From Gammaproteobacteria bacterium (GTDB lineage Bacteria > Pseudomonadota > Gammaproteobacteria > Pseudomonadales > Azotimanducaceae): a stretch of DNA of 64,000 nucleotides. The stretch covers positions 6,771 to 70,770 of the forward strand of contig JANNBJ010000123.1 of assembly GCA_031385325.1 (NCBI GenBank), in the 5' to 3' direction. The position numbers and the translations under genes are program-made. Shown here one piece after another: positions 9,985-17,793 of the stretch (the first letter of the stretch is position 1; each line of letters starts with the position of its first letter). The notes beneath the pieces are model-generated. The model was not told where the DNA came from, searched no databases, and was given only the letters and a program-made list of their open reading frames with translations.

Positions 9985-11211
9985 ATGGCTTTGCTTTGCT
10001 TGCGTCTGCTATCAGCGGCGCGTGAGGAAGAATCTGGTTGGTCCCTCGCCGCCGAGTGGTTGATGCAGGGCGAAGATGGCTCGTTGCGTGGCAGAGGCGT
10101 CACCGACTATCGGGGGCTCGCTGATCTGCTGGACCCCAGCCAGACGTGGGTCAAGGACGCGCGAAATGTGCTGCTCCTGGTACCCCATGATCAGGTTCTC
10201 GAGCTGACTGTGACAGTGCCGGGCAAGAGCGCAGCGCAAATGCGTCGTGCGTTACCTTTTGCGGTTGAGGAGTTTGCCTCGGCCGATATCGAGAGCCTGC
10301 ACATTGCCAGCGATCAAGTCCGTCCTGGTCGACCTGTTCGATGCCAGCTGGTTGATCGTTCACTCCTGAACGGTTGGCTGAAGTGTCTTCGTACTTTAGG
10401 TATCGAACCCGGTTATTTGCTGGTCGATACGGAATTACTGCCGTTTGATGACAAGACGACACACGTCTTGATGGACGGACCGATCGCGCTCATCCGCTCG
10501 CCAGATGAAGCGGCAATGATCGATAGAGGCAATCTCCTGATGGCTTTGCAGATGATTGCTCCGGCTACTGTCCATATTGCCGGGGGGCAACTCGAACCTC
10601 TCGAAGCTGCCCAGTTACCTGACACCGAGATCATTACGGTCGAATCTGGCGCCAGCAGCATCGAATATCTTGTCAGTCACTGGCGAAGAGACGAGAACAT
10701 CAATCTGCTGCAAGGCAGTTATGCGCCAGTACACACCGCGAATAATCGGACGAATCTCTGGCGCCCCGTTGCGTTGGTTGCATCCCTGTGGATCGTCATC
10801 GCCTGGGTGCTCATGATCGGCGAGAGTTTCTGGGCTGGCTGGCAGCGCGAGACGCTGGATACACAAGCTCACGGCTTGTATTCCTCGATCTATCCCGACG
10901 ATTCCAGCGTACGCAATATACGTCGTTCGCTGGCCGAAAAATTAGGCCAGCACACCGATCCTGGAGGACCTGGCTTTGCTCATCTCACTGCCAGTCTCGC
11001 CTCTGCTCTGGAAGGTGTAGCGCGCCTGCGTTCTCTCGAATTTGATCAGGAAGGCGCAGAGCTCAAAGCAGAAGTTCTGGTCGGTAGTCATGAGGAGGCC
11101 GAAGCCGTGAAAGTTGCACTGGCCAAGCTTGGCATTGCATCGCAACTGTTGAACGCCACTCAGGAAGACCAGCAGATTCGAGCGTACTTCAGCCTGCGGA
11201 GTGCTTCGTGA
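9985..11211 (+). CDS. gspL: Type II secretion protein GspL
   Basis: 408 aa with a cytoplasmic domain, a single TM segment (WRPVALVASLWIVIAWVLMI) and a periplasmic domain. It lies between gspK and gspM, and its stop overlaps the gspM start by 4 nt. Confidence 0.8.
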   Translation: MALLCLRLLSAAREEESGWSLAAEWLMQGEDGSLRGRGVTDYRGLADLLDPSQTWVKDARNVLLLVPHDQVLELTVTVPGKSAAQMRRALPFAVEEFASADIESLHIASDQVRPGRPVRCQLVDRSLLNGWLKCLRTLGIEPGYLLVDTELLPFDDKTTHVLMDGPIALIRSPDEAAMIDRGNLLMALQMIAPATVHIAGGQLEPLEAAQLPDTEIITVESGASSIEYLVSHWRRDENINLLQGSYAPVHTANNRTNLWRPVALVASLWIVIAWVLMIGESFWAGWQRETLDTQAHGLYSSIYPDDSSVRNIRRSLAEKLGQHTDPGGPGFAHLTASLASALEGVARLRSLEFDQEGAELKAEVLVGSHEEAEAVKVALAKLGIASQLLNATQEDQQIRAYFSLRSAS

Positions 11212-11720
11212 GCCGCTGGCAACGCCTCGCGAACAGTTCGCTCGGTCGAGCGTATCTTGATCGAAGCGACTCAGATCGCCGATCGATAGCCATCCTGGCA
11301 ATCGTCATTGGGCTGGCCCTGGCATGGTTGCTGTTGTGGAAACCCGTGTCCGATTGGCATCTCGATGCCGTGTCTCGTCTTGCCGTCTCACAGTCGACAC
11401 TTGACTATGTGCGTACCAACGAGGCGGTGGCCAGACGACTGTCCGAGCAAGGTTCCGGAGCACAGGAATCCTCACTCATTCCAGTGATCACCCGTGCCGC
11501 CAACGCCCAGCAACTCACGCTCAACCGCCTGCAGCCGGAGGAAGGCGGCGTATTGAATGTGGTCCTGGAAGGGCAACCGTTCGACAAGGTCTACCAATGG
11601 ATCAGTCAGCTTGAACAAAACAACGGCGTGCGCGCACGCTGGGTGAGCATTCGCAGTGAAGATCGGACCGGTTATGTGAATGCACAGATCCGCTTTGTTG
11701 CTGCGACTCCCGCTCTGTAG
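11208..11720 (+). CDS. gspM: Type II secretion protein GspM
   Basis: 170 aa with one N-terminal TM segment (IAILAIVIGLALAWLLLW). It is translationally coupled to gspL. Size and position fit GspM. Confidence 0.75.
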   Translation: MSRWQRLANSSLGRAYLDRSDSDRRSIAILAIVIGLALAWLLLWKPVSDWHLDAVSRLAVSQSTLDYVRTNEAVARRLSEQGSGAQESSLIPVITRAANAQQLTLNRLQPEEGGVLNVVLEGQPFDKVYQWISQLEQNNGVRARWVSIRSEDRTGYVNAQIRFVAATPAL

Positions 11721-11865
11721 CTGGCAGTCCCGGGCGCTGAACCAACACTTACAAGTCACTAACAGCTTTCCAGACGGTGGGCTGGCTCGCGTGATCCTCA
11801 TCACAGATGCGTTTGACTCGGCTTCATACACTGCCTGCGACTCGGGACATACCAGAGGCGCTGGG

Positions 11866-12477
11866 ATGGATCGCTCCGTTGATCCGCATCGTCCCATATT
11901 GACGATGCATGACCTGGTCACAGTGGAAGTGACAGGATTGATGGAAGGATTCTATTCAAATCTCGAGGACGGCTTGTTCGAACTCGCGTACCGCAATACA
12001 GATCATGAATATCAGCGGTACTGTTTCGAACTCATGCGCGAACTGCGTTACCGACGACCTTTGCTGATGTCGACTTTCACTTCGAGCCTGAAGGACGCCG
12101 TTGGTCAGTGGTTTGCATCGGACGACCTTGTTCGCCCGGAGCTTGAGCCCGAACTCGAATCTCTGGCCGACTCCATGTCACGCAAATGCATAGCGCACTT
12201 CAGCGGCTTGCTTGGTGGGTTGAGTCGAAGAACGGCGGGTATTACCGGTGTCACTCATGCCCTGGAGACACTGCCTATTGGCCCGGTGCAGATATCGCGA
12301 CATTTTGTGTCGTCGTGCCGGCGCATCGAATTCGAGCCATCGTCAATCCTCGTCGTACGAGAGTTATTTCTCAGATTCGTGCTTGATCGACTGGGATCAG
12401 TTTATGGTCGTTGCAACCAGGTGTTGAATCCTGAAGCTGGCGCGGACGCGGTACCTGTGCTTCTGGCTCTCGCTTGA
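11866..12477 (+). CDS. Hypothetical protein resembling only the N-terminal region of DUF1631 proteins
   Basis: The segment LEDGLFELAYRNTDHEYQRYCFELMRELRYRRPLLMSTF matches my memory of the DUF1631 N-terminal signature (..DDALFELADKA...YFDAMRELR..R). The start is uncertain: ATG 11866 or ATG 11905. The track start 11680 overlaps gspM. Confidence 0.45.
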   Translation: MDRSVDPHRPILTMHDLVTVEVTGLMEGFYSNLEDGLFELAYRNTDHEYQRYCFELMRELRYRRPLLMSTFTSSLKDAVGQWFASDDLVRPELEPELESLADSMSRKCIAHFSGLLGGLSRRTAGITGVTHALETLPIGPVQISRHFVSSCRRIEFEPSSILVVRELFLRFVLDRLGSVYGRCNQVLNPEAGADAVPVLLALA

Positions 12478-12487
12478 AAGAACCGAC

Positions 12488-13657
12488 TTAATCAGTTTGT
12501 TTTGTCTGCGCGTGCTGGTGTTCGATTGTCTGAGCTATCTGAGGTTGCTCGCCTGCATGCGAAGCAGGCCCATTGATCAATGACTTTCCCGCTCTGCCAC
12601 TTTCTGTATGAACGACTGCGATTCGTGTTTTCTCGTGGTCGCGCTGCAGTGACAAGTAGTCGCCATTGATATTGTATTGAACATGATTTTGCCTGGCCTT
12701 GAACGGGGTTCCGAATCGACTTGTAAGCGCCTCGGTCAGTAGATCAAAGTCGATTTCCTTGAATTCACCGACCAGACGAACTGGATAGCCACCGTCAGCA
12801 AGTTCCAGCTCGTAGGTAGCCTTGTCAAAGGGCGGGGAGAGTCGAAGCCCCGCATAGGTGATCTTCTGTGCGATCGGAAATGACTGATGATCGGGTATCG
12901 GGACATCAAACAAGAGACCAAATGCGCCCATTAGACTGTTGTCATTTCCCGGCAGGAGTCGATTTGCATGGGCTATCAGATCCAATCTGACTCGTTCGAT
13001 CGCAGCTTCATTTAATACTGCCAGATGCTCACTCCACTGCCGGATTCGTGCGGGATCCGAGTAAAGCAGGTATCCCGATTTTCCGCAGGTAAGAGCTATC
13101 TGACGGTTGCCGATCATCCAGCTTCGAATCGATCCGAATGACTGCAATGCGTTTCCGGAAGACGCAACGTTTTGACCGTCGAGGTGATATTTATGGGTGA
13201 TCGAGCGGTCGAGAAAAGCTGTTAGCTCATCACATGGACCTGGCAACAGCGCCGCGATCATCGCAACTTCACCTTGGGTGCTCTGGAGCAGATAAAATCG
13301 CATGCCGCTTGAACGCAGCTTTGGCGAGAGTACAGAGGGTTCAAAGTGACGCCACCCAATAGATGCGATGCGCATATCCGCTGGAAGGATCGATGCTATT
13401 TTATCCGCACCAGCAACGGTGTTGTACAAGACAATCGGGATCGGAGAGCCATCGAGAGTAGCTCCGGTGAGTAGAGAATCTGGCGATTTGCCAAACTCAA
13501 TCCCGAATGCACTGTCGACAGCCTGAGTTTCCTCCGCCTCGACCACATGCGCTGGCTGAATCGATAACAGAACAGCACACAGCGGGAGGATCAGTTTCAA
13601 CAAATAAAGCGGCCGAGTTCCTGGCGTCGTTTGCACTCTTTCTCCACGTTTCCGCAT
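12488..13657 (-). CDS. Secreted hypothetical protein with two related halves
   Basis: Signal-peptide-like LLKLILPLCAVLLSIQPAHVVEA. Both halves open with AFG(I/L)xF, which suggests an internal duplication. The start could be the ATG at 13657 or a TTG at 13603 or 13600. The TTG at 13600 overlaps the stop of the upstream small ORF (TTGTTGA). I recognised no family. Confidence 0.5.
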   Translation of the reverse strand: MRKRGERVQTTPGTRPLYLLKLILPLCAVLLSIQPAHVVEAEETQAVDSAFGIEFGKSPDSLLTGATLDGSPIPIVLYNTVAGADKIASILPADMRIASIGWRHFEPSVLSPKLRSSGMRFYLLQSTQGEVAMIAALLPGPCDELTAFLDRSITHKYHLDGQNVASSGNALQSFGSIRSWMIGNRQIALTCGKSGYLLYSDPARIRQWSEHLAVLNEAAIERVRLDLIAHANRLLPGNDNSLMGAFGLLFDVPIPDHQSFPIAQKITYAGLRLSPPFDKATYELELADGGYPVRLVGEFKEIDFDLLTEALTSRFGTPFKARQNHVQYNINGDYLSLQRDHEKTRIAVVHTESGRAGKSLINGPASHAGEQPQIAQTIEHQHAQTKQTD

Positions 13658-13827
13658 TGGATCGCCATGCCGGGGTTCATTTCTCCCCCTTTTGCACATT
13701 CGCTGGCTTGCTCCTTGAGATTTGTATCGGTAACCGAGTCCATCGCACTTCCGCACGCTCCAGCAAACATCAACAAAGCCGTCAGGCAGACACACCGTAC
13801 GCGCCACTGCGCTGTGGTACTTTCCAT
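13597..13827 (-). CDS. Small (76 aa) Cys-containing secreted protein or putative lipoprotein
   Basis: The ATG at 13827 is preceded by a good SD (GCTGAGGAACAAACATG). The hydrophobic N-terminus ends in FAGAC, a lipobox-like sequence, and the mature part contains five Cys. Confidence 0.45.
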   Translation of the reverse strand: MESTTAQWRVRCVCLTALLMFAGACGSAMDSVTDTNLKEQASECAKGGEMNPGMAIQCGNVEKECKRRQELGRFIC

Positions 13828-14075
13828 GTTTGTTCCTCAGCTTACCGGCGGAAGATGAGAGACTCTTCCCATACTTGCCAACATCCGTTTACATCAAGCG
13901 TAGACACCACAGTGAAGTTATCGGCCGGCAAGGACGTCCATTGAGTTCCGCTGTTGCGGAAGTCGACATTTTTTGGCTGAGGAAGGTCACAGCGCAGGCA
14001 GAGGAGGGCTGCTGCAGGTAACGCAGCAGAACGTGCAGGGGGAGGAAAACTCTCTTTATTCGATTCTTTTTTCAA

Positions 14076-14549
14076 CTATGGGGACTGATCCTTAGCAGAA
14101 TGGTCAGGCGTCCGCTCCTCGGGTTTGCCCCGCTGGCGGACGACTTTGTCGAGCTGACTGCCGATGTGGGTTCCGACATGTTTCAGCTGGGGATTGCTGT
14201 GCAGCTCGGCAAACACCTTCTTTTGCAGGGGTTCGAGCAGCTTGTCAGCCGTGTCACCCTGTTGGTGTCCGAACAGATTGATCCAGGCTTCCGTGCGCCG
14301 GCCAAACTGAAGAACCGATTCCAACGGGCGATCTGCGTCTGGACCACCACGAACAATTCCGACTGTGCCGGCAATCAACGAAACGGGAACCAGTACAACA
14401 TCACGAATTCCGTCCATCACCAACTTGAGTTGAAAGACCATCAATCGCCACAGCAGATGCGCCCGAGTCAGACTCCCAGGAACCATGAGGGCTTGAGACT
14501 GATCTACTGTTTCTTCGGCCTTGGGTTCATCCGGATTATCCATGATCAA
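14076..14549 (-). CDS. Hypothetical membrane protein (157 aa)
   Basis: The start ATG overlaps the stop of the upstream sugar transferase (ATGA at 14546-14549). It has an acidic N-terminus and then a hydrophobic stretch (LLWRLMVFQLKLVMDGIRDVVLVPVSLIAGTVGIV). I recognised no family. Confidence 0.5.
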   Translation of the reverse strand: MIMDNPDEPKAEETVDQSQALMVPGSLTRAHLLWRLMVFQLKLVMDGIRDVVLVPVSLIAGTVGIVRGGPDADRPLESVLQFGRRTEAWINLFGHQQGDTADKLLEPLQKKVFAELHSNPQLKHVGTHIGSQLDKVVRQRGKPEERTPDHSAKDQSP

Positions 14550-15949
14550 CGTGCCCCTTCACCAACCAGTACCACTTCTACAGTCTGCAGCATAATGATC
14601 AGATCCAGAAACAGACTCTGATTCTTGAGGTAGTACAAATCGTATTGCAGCTTTTCCTTGGCATCGGAAACGGTGGTGCCATAGGGATAACAAAGCTGTG
14701 CCCACCCAGTTATGCCCGGTTTGATGCGATGTCGCTGCTCATAGTAGGGGATCTCTCTGGCAAACCGGGCTACGTGAACCGGCTGCTCTGGACGAGGCCC
14801 GACAAAACTCATTTCTCCACGAAGCACATTAAACAGTTGCGGTAACTCATCAATCCGCGCCTTGCGTATGAAGCGGCCAACTCGGGTCACTCGAGGGTCA
14901 TTATGCAGCGCAAATTCGCTGTCGTTGTCGGTCACATCGGGACGCATGCTGCGGAACTTGTAGACACGAAAACCGATAGCCCCCCGGCCGACTCTTTCTT
15001 GCCGATACAGCACGCTGTGTTGCCCGCGACTTTCAAGAAATATACACATCGCTGTGAGCAACATGATCGGCATGGTCAACACCACCATCACTGAGGCTGC
15101 GACGATGTCAAAAACGCGCTTGTTGATGCTGCGCAGCCGATTCGTAACAAATCCGTCGGAGAACGCAAGCCAGGTTGGCCGCAGGATATCGACGTCGAGT
15201 TTGCAGGCTTCTCGCTCGAAAAATTCCTGAACATCGCACACTTCAATGCCAGACAGACGACAGTCAACAAGATCATCGACAGGGACTGTGCGGTCCTCTT
15301 CGTAACCATCGACGGCGACCACGATTTCATCAATCTTCTGTTCGCGGCAAAAATCCAGCAGGGAGGAGGGTGGTGATATCACGGGCACATCGTGATCGCG
15401 GACAACATTCTTGGCCGGATCCAGATCTATGAAACCGAGCAGTACAAACGCTCGACGGTCAGCCCTCCGTCTCATTCTGGTGGCAATCTTCAGGGCACGT
15501 CGGCCGGCGCCCAGTACGATGATCCGGCTCTTCAGCGCATCTTCAGACAGGAACAGGAACACGAACCACCGAAAGATAACCAGTGCCGCGAAGCCTTCAA
15601 TGACCGACAGAACAAGCACGCCGCGGGGCATCGCCAGTTGAGGCAAAAAGAGGTAAGCAACCAGAATGAGGACGGTGCCAAGAAGAAAGATCGCAACCGC
15701 CGTACGCAGGGTCATCCCGGTCAGTCCTTCGCGTATGCGCGACTCGTAAACTCCCATGGCGGCCATGGCCCCGACAATCGTGAATCCGAAAAACACTGAG
15801 GTCGGAAGCCAATTCTGCAAATCGGGTAAAAACTGATAGCGGCTGAAAAAACCCAGATATCCGCAGAGCGTCAGTAGAAAAACCTCAGCACCAGCCATGT
15901 ACAGAAACGGCGTGTGGATGTAATGGCGCAGCACGCGAATATGCGGCAT
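14546..15949 (-). CDS. Polyprenyl-phosphate sugar-phosphate transferase (bacterial sugar transferase family, WbaP/EpsB-like; resembles the PEP-CTERM-associated subfamily)
   Basis: C-terminal catalytic motifs YKFRSM and [24 protein letters not shown]-terminal TM bundle and a central Rossmann-like linker ([10 protein letters not shown]). The N-terminus [12 protein letters not shown] resembles the PEP-CTERM-associated subfamily, from memory. Confidence 0.9.
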   Translation of the reverse strand: MPHIRVLRHYIHTPFLYMAGAEVFLLTLCGYLGFFSRYQFLPDLQNWLPTSVFFGFTIVGAMAAMGVYESRIREGLTGMTLRTAVAIFLLGTVLILVAYLFLPQLAMPRGVLVLSVIEGFAALVIFRWFVFLFLSEDALKSRIIVLGAGRRALKIATRMRRRADRRAFVLLGFIDLDPAKNVVRDHDVPVISPPSSLLDFCREQKIDEIVVAVDGYEEDRTVPVDDLVDCRLSGIEVCDVQEFFEREACKLDVDILRPTWLAFSDGFVTNRLRSINKRVFDIVAASVMVVLTMPIMLLTAMCIFLESRGQHSVLYRQERVGRGAIGFRVYKFRSMRPDVTDNDSEFALHNDPRVTRVGRFIRKARIDELPQLFNVLRGEMSFVGPRPEQPVHVARFAREIPYYEQRHRIKPGITGWAQLCYPYGTTVSDAKEKLQYDLYYLKNQSLFLDLIIMLQTVEVVLVGEGAR

Positions 15950-16127
15950 CAGGAAACCTGTTCAATCCAGTAGGTACGTCCCGAAACATCGTCAATCACG
16001 AGATCGGGGCAGTCGGTCATTCTCCGGGTAAATCCTGACGTGCGCCACACGGGGTTTGATGGCGTGACCCAGAACAGGGGTGCCTTCAATGAAGTTCGAT
16101 TCGCTCTACGAAACCTCTTATATTTAA

Positions 16128-16143
16128 CATAATATATATTATG
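16128..16143. promoter_or_regulatory. Perfect 16-bp AT-rich palindrome CATAATATATATTATG in the AT-rich region upstream of the priming transferase gene
   Basis: Read directly from the sequence; the reverse complement is identical. It lies in the only strongly AT-rich stretch of this region, about 180 nt upstream of the ATG at 15949. Confidence 0.4.
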
Positions 16144-16169
16144 CGTCATTTAGGTCGACAAGCGTCACT

Positions 16170-16448
16170 GTGACTCCGCGCGCGGCATTCGCTCGGTGGA
16201 CCATCGACAATCCGTCCATGCACGAAACCGATCCCATCGAACTTGAACTCAAATCAGAAGCTGAGCGTATGAGCGTCCGCTTCTCTGGCGCCCCCGTGGT
16301 CATTGTGCTGGCTGGCGATAAATCAGCTGACATCCCACGCACGATCACAACGTCTGCTTCCTCGACGCCACTTCGGTTGCGGGACCTGCTAGGCATCCTG
16401 CAGACAGCAATCCAGACCGAAAGCTGGAAGCACTTCAGAAACTGGTGA
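16170..16448 (+). CDS. Hypothetical small protein (76-92 aa)
   Basis: This ORF has ordinary-looking codon usage, and an ATG at 16218 is an alternative start. An antisense 211-aa ORF competes with it. I recognised no family. Confidence 0.3.
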   Translation: MTPRAAFARWTIDNPSMHETDPIELELKSEAERMSVRFSGAPVVIVLAGDKSADIPRTITTSASSTPLRLRDLLGILQTAIQTESWKHFRNW

Positions 16449-16830
16449 AGTTCTTTTCGCCACTGGTCAAAGCCGCCAGCGCCAGATACGCGTTGGTTAG
16501 CGCGAGCATCAGGATGACCACCCAGGTTGCCAGCAATGCAGGCATCGATTGGCCTGACCACTTGCCTAACTGACGAACCAGCGCACGGACGTGAACAACC
16601 TTGGCGGCGACCAACAACATGGCGCACACATGCAGCCAGATAGTAGGTGCACCAAGCAGTTCTCCAAGCAACAACATCAGCAATGCCGTCGGCGCGTCGC
16701 CTGCAATCTCCGATCTGTGCATCAACGGTATGCGCAACGTTCTTGCGAAAATCCATGCGCGCCATTGAGCCCATGCCAACAACAGCACCAGCACGCTCGA
16801 ATATAGGGATGTGATCACTGGCACGGTCAT
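16435..16830 (-). CDS. MAPEG-family-like small inner membrane protein
   Basis: 131 aa with four hydrophobic helices. The size and pattern (..EIAGDAPTALLMLLLGELLG...HVCAMLLVAAKVVH) recall YecN/MAPEG proteins. The assignment is tentative. Confidence 0.5.
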   Translation of the reverse strand: MTVPVITSLYSSVLVLLLAWAQWRAWIFARTLRIPLMHRSEIAGDAPTALLMLLLGELLGAPTIWLHVCAMLLVAAKVVHVRALVRQLGKWSGQSMPALLATWVVILMLALTNAYLALAALTSGEKNFTSF

Positions 16831-16980
16831 GTTGCGGGAAGCTGGTCAGACTCTCTCATGTAACGTGTTTGGCCTGGCAGTGTAAAACCTGATGGATGGA
16901 CTTGCCGGCGACCGCGTCTCATCAATGGTAATGCGCAGTGCTTTGCCACCGTTGAGTGGATTGTCAAAAGGAAGTTGCTT

Positions 16981-17793
16981 ATGACCCTGCCGACTGGAAG
17001 CGGACTGAAGAACACCATCGTCATTGGCATGCCTCGCTCCGGGACCAGCATGACCGCAGCCATTTTCGCCAGACAAGGATATTTCCTTGCAGCTGACACC
17101 GACGAAGAACTGCGCCCAGGCGATGAACATAATCCTGCAGGGTACTTTGAAGCCGCAGGCCTCGTTGATCGTAACGTGCACTTGTTCAGACGGGTTGGCT
17201 ATACCGCTCACAATTCCTGGCTGTTCCAGCCGATCACGGATCAACAAGCTGACCAGCTACACCTGCTTGAGCGTACACACACCGACGCTCAATTCGTCAG
17301 TACCTATGAACAACACTCACCCTGGTTGTGGAAAGATCCCCGCCTCTGTTACACGCTCGGCTATTGGTGGCCGCTGCTCAACCCTGATACCACGCGTGTC
17401 CTGGTGTTACGCCGAAGACCAGAGGAAACATGGAACAGCTTTCTCCGCCTGGATTGGCGCGAATACGATGAGGACGCACGCGCTGATGTCTACCAGAGAA
17501 TCAATCATCATCTGTCAGCTGCGATGCAAACCATCGAACGATTGGCTATTCCTCATATCGTGGTGAACTACGACGAATATTCCGAGGCGCCACTCGAAGT
17601 GGCCGACCGTATCAACGGGTGTATGGGTCTGCAGTTGGACGTCGACGCACTGGGCTTTGATGGAAGCCTGAACTCAACTACCCTGCCTCGCCGGTTAGGT
17701 ACGTTTATTCAAAAGCAGCGCTCAAGATTGGGGGCATTGTTACCCAGGCCTGAACGCGCGGCTAAACAGGCCGGTCGGAGCTCAGCGGCTTGA
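16981..17793 (+). CDS. Sulfotransferase family protein
   Basis: 5'-PSB-like loop IGMPRSGTSM near the N-terminus and a WLWKDPR ... VLVLRRRPEETWNS segment resembling the 3'-PB region. The ATG at 16981 follows an AAGGAAG SD, whereas the track start is a TTG at 16975. Confidence 0.7.
   Translation: MTLPTGSGLKNTIVIGMPRSGTSMTAAIFARQGYFLAADTDEELRPGDEHNPAGYFEAAGLVDRNVHLFRRVGYTAHNSWLFQPITDQQADQLHLLERTHTDAQFVSTYEQHSPWLWKDPRLCYTLGYWWPLLNPDTTRVLVLRRRPEETWNSFLRLDWREYDEDARADVYQRINHHLSAAMQTIERLAIPHIVVNYDEYSEAPLEVADRINGCMGLQLDVDALGFDGSLNSTTLPRRLGTFIQKQRSRLGALLPRPERAAKQAGRSSAA

Noticed and set aside
14009-14029. Hairpin CTGCTGC-AGGTAAC-GCAGCAG as the terminator of the upstream operon
   Set aside because: No U-tract follows it on the minus strand. 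It is mentioned only as part of the long leader discussed under the anti-SD finding.
16139-16774. 211-aa minus-strand ORF overlapping the MAPEG-like gene
   Set aside because: It overlaps the better-supported four-helix membrane ORF (16435-16830) in a different frame. It is Arg/Ala-rich with no recognisable domain.
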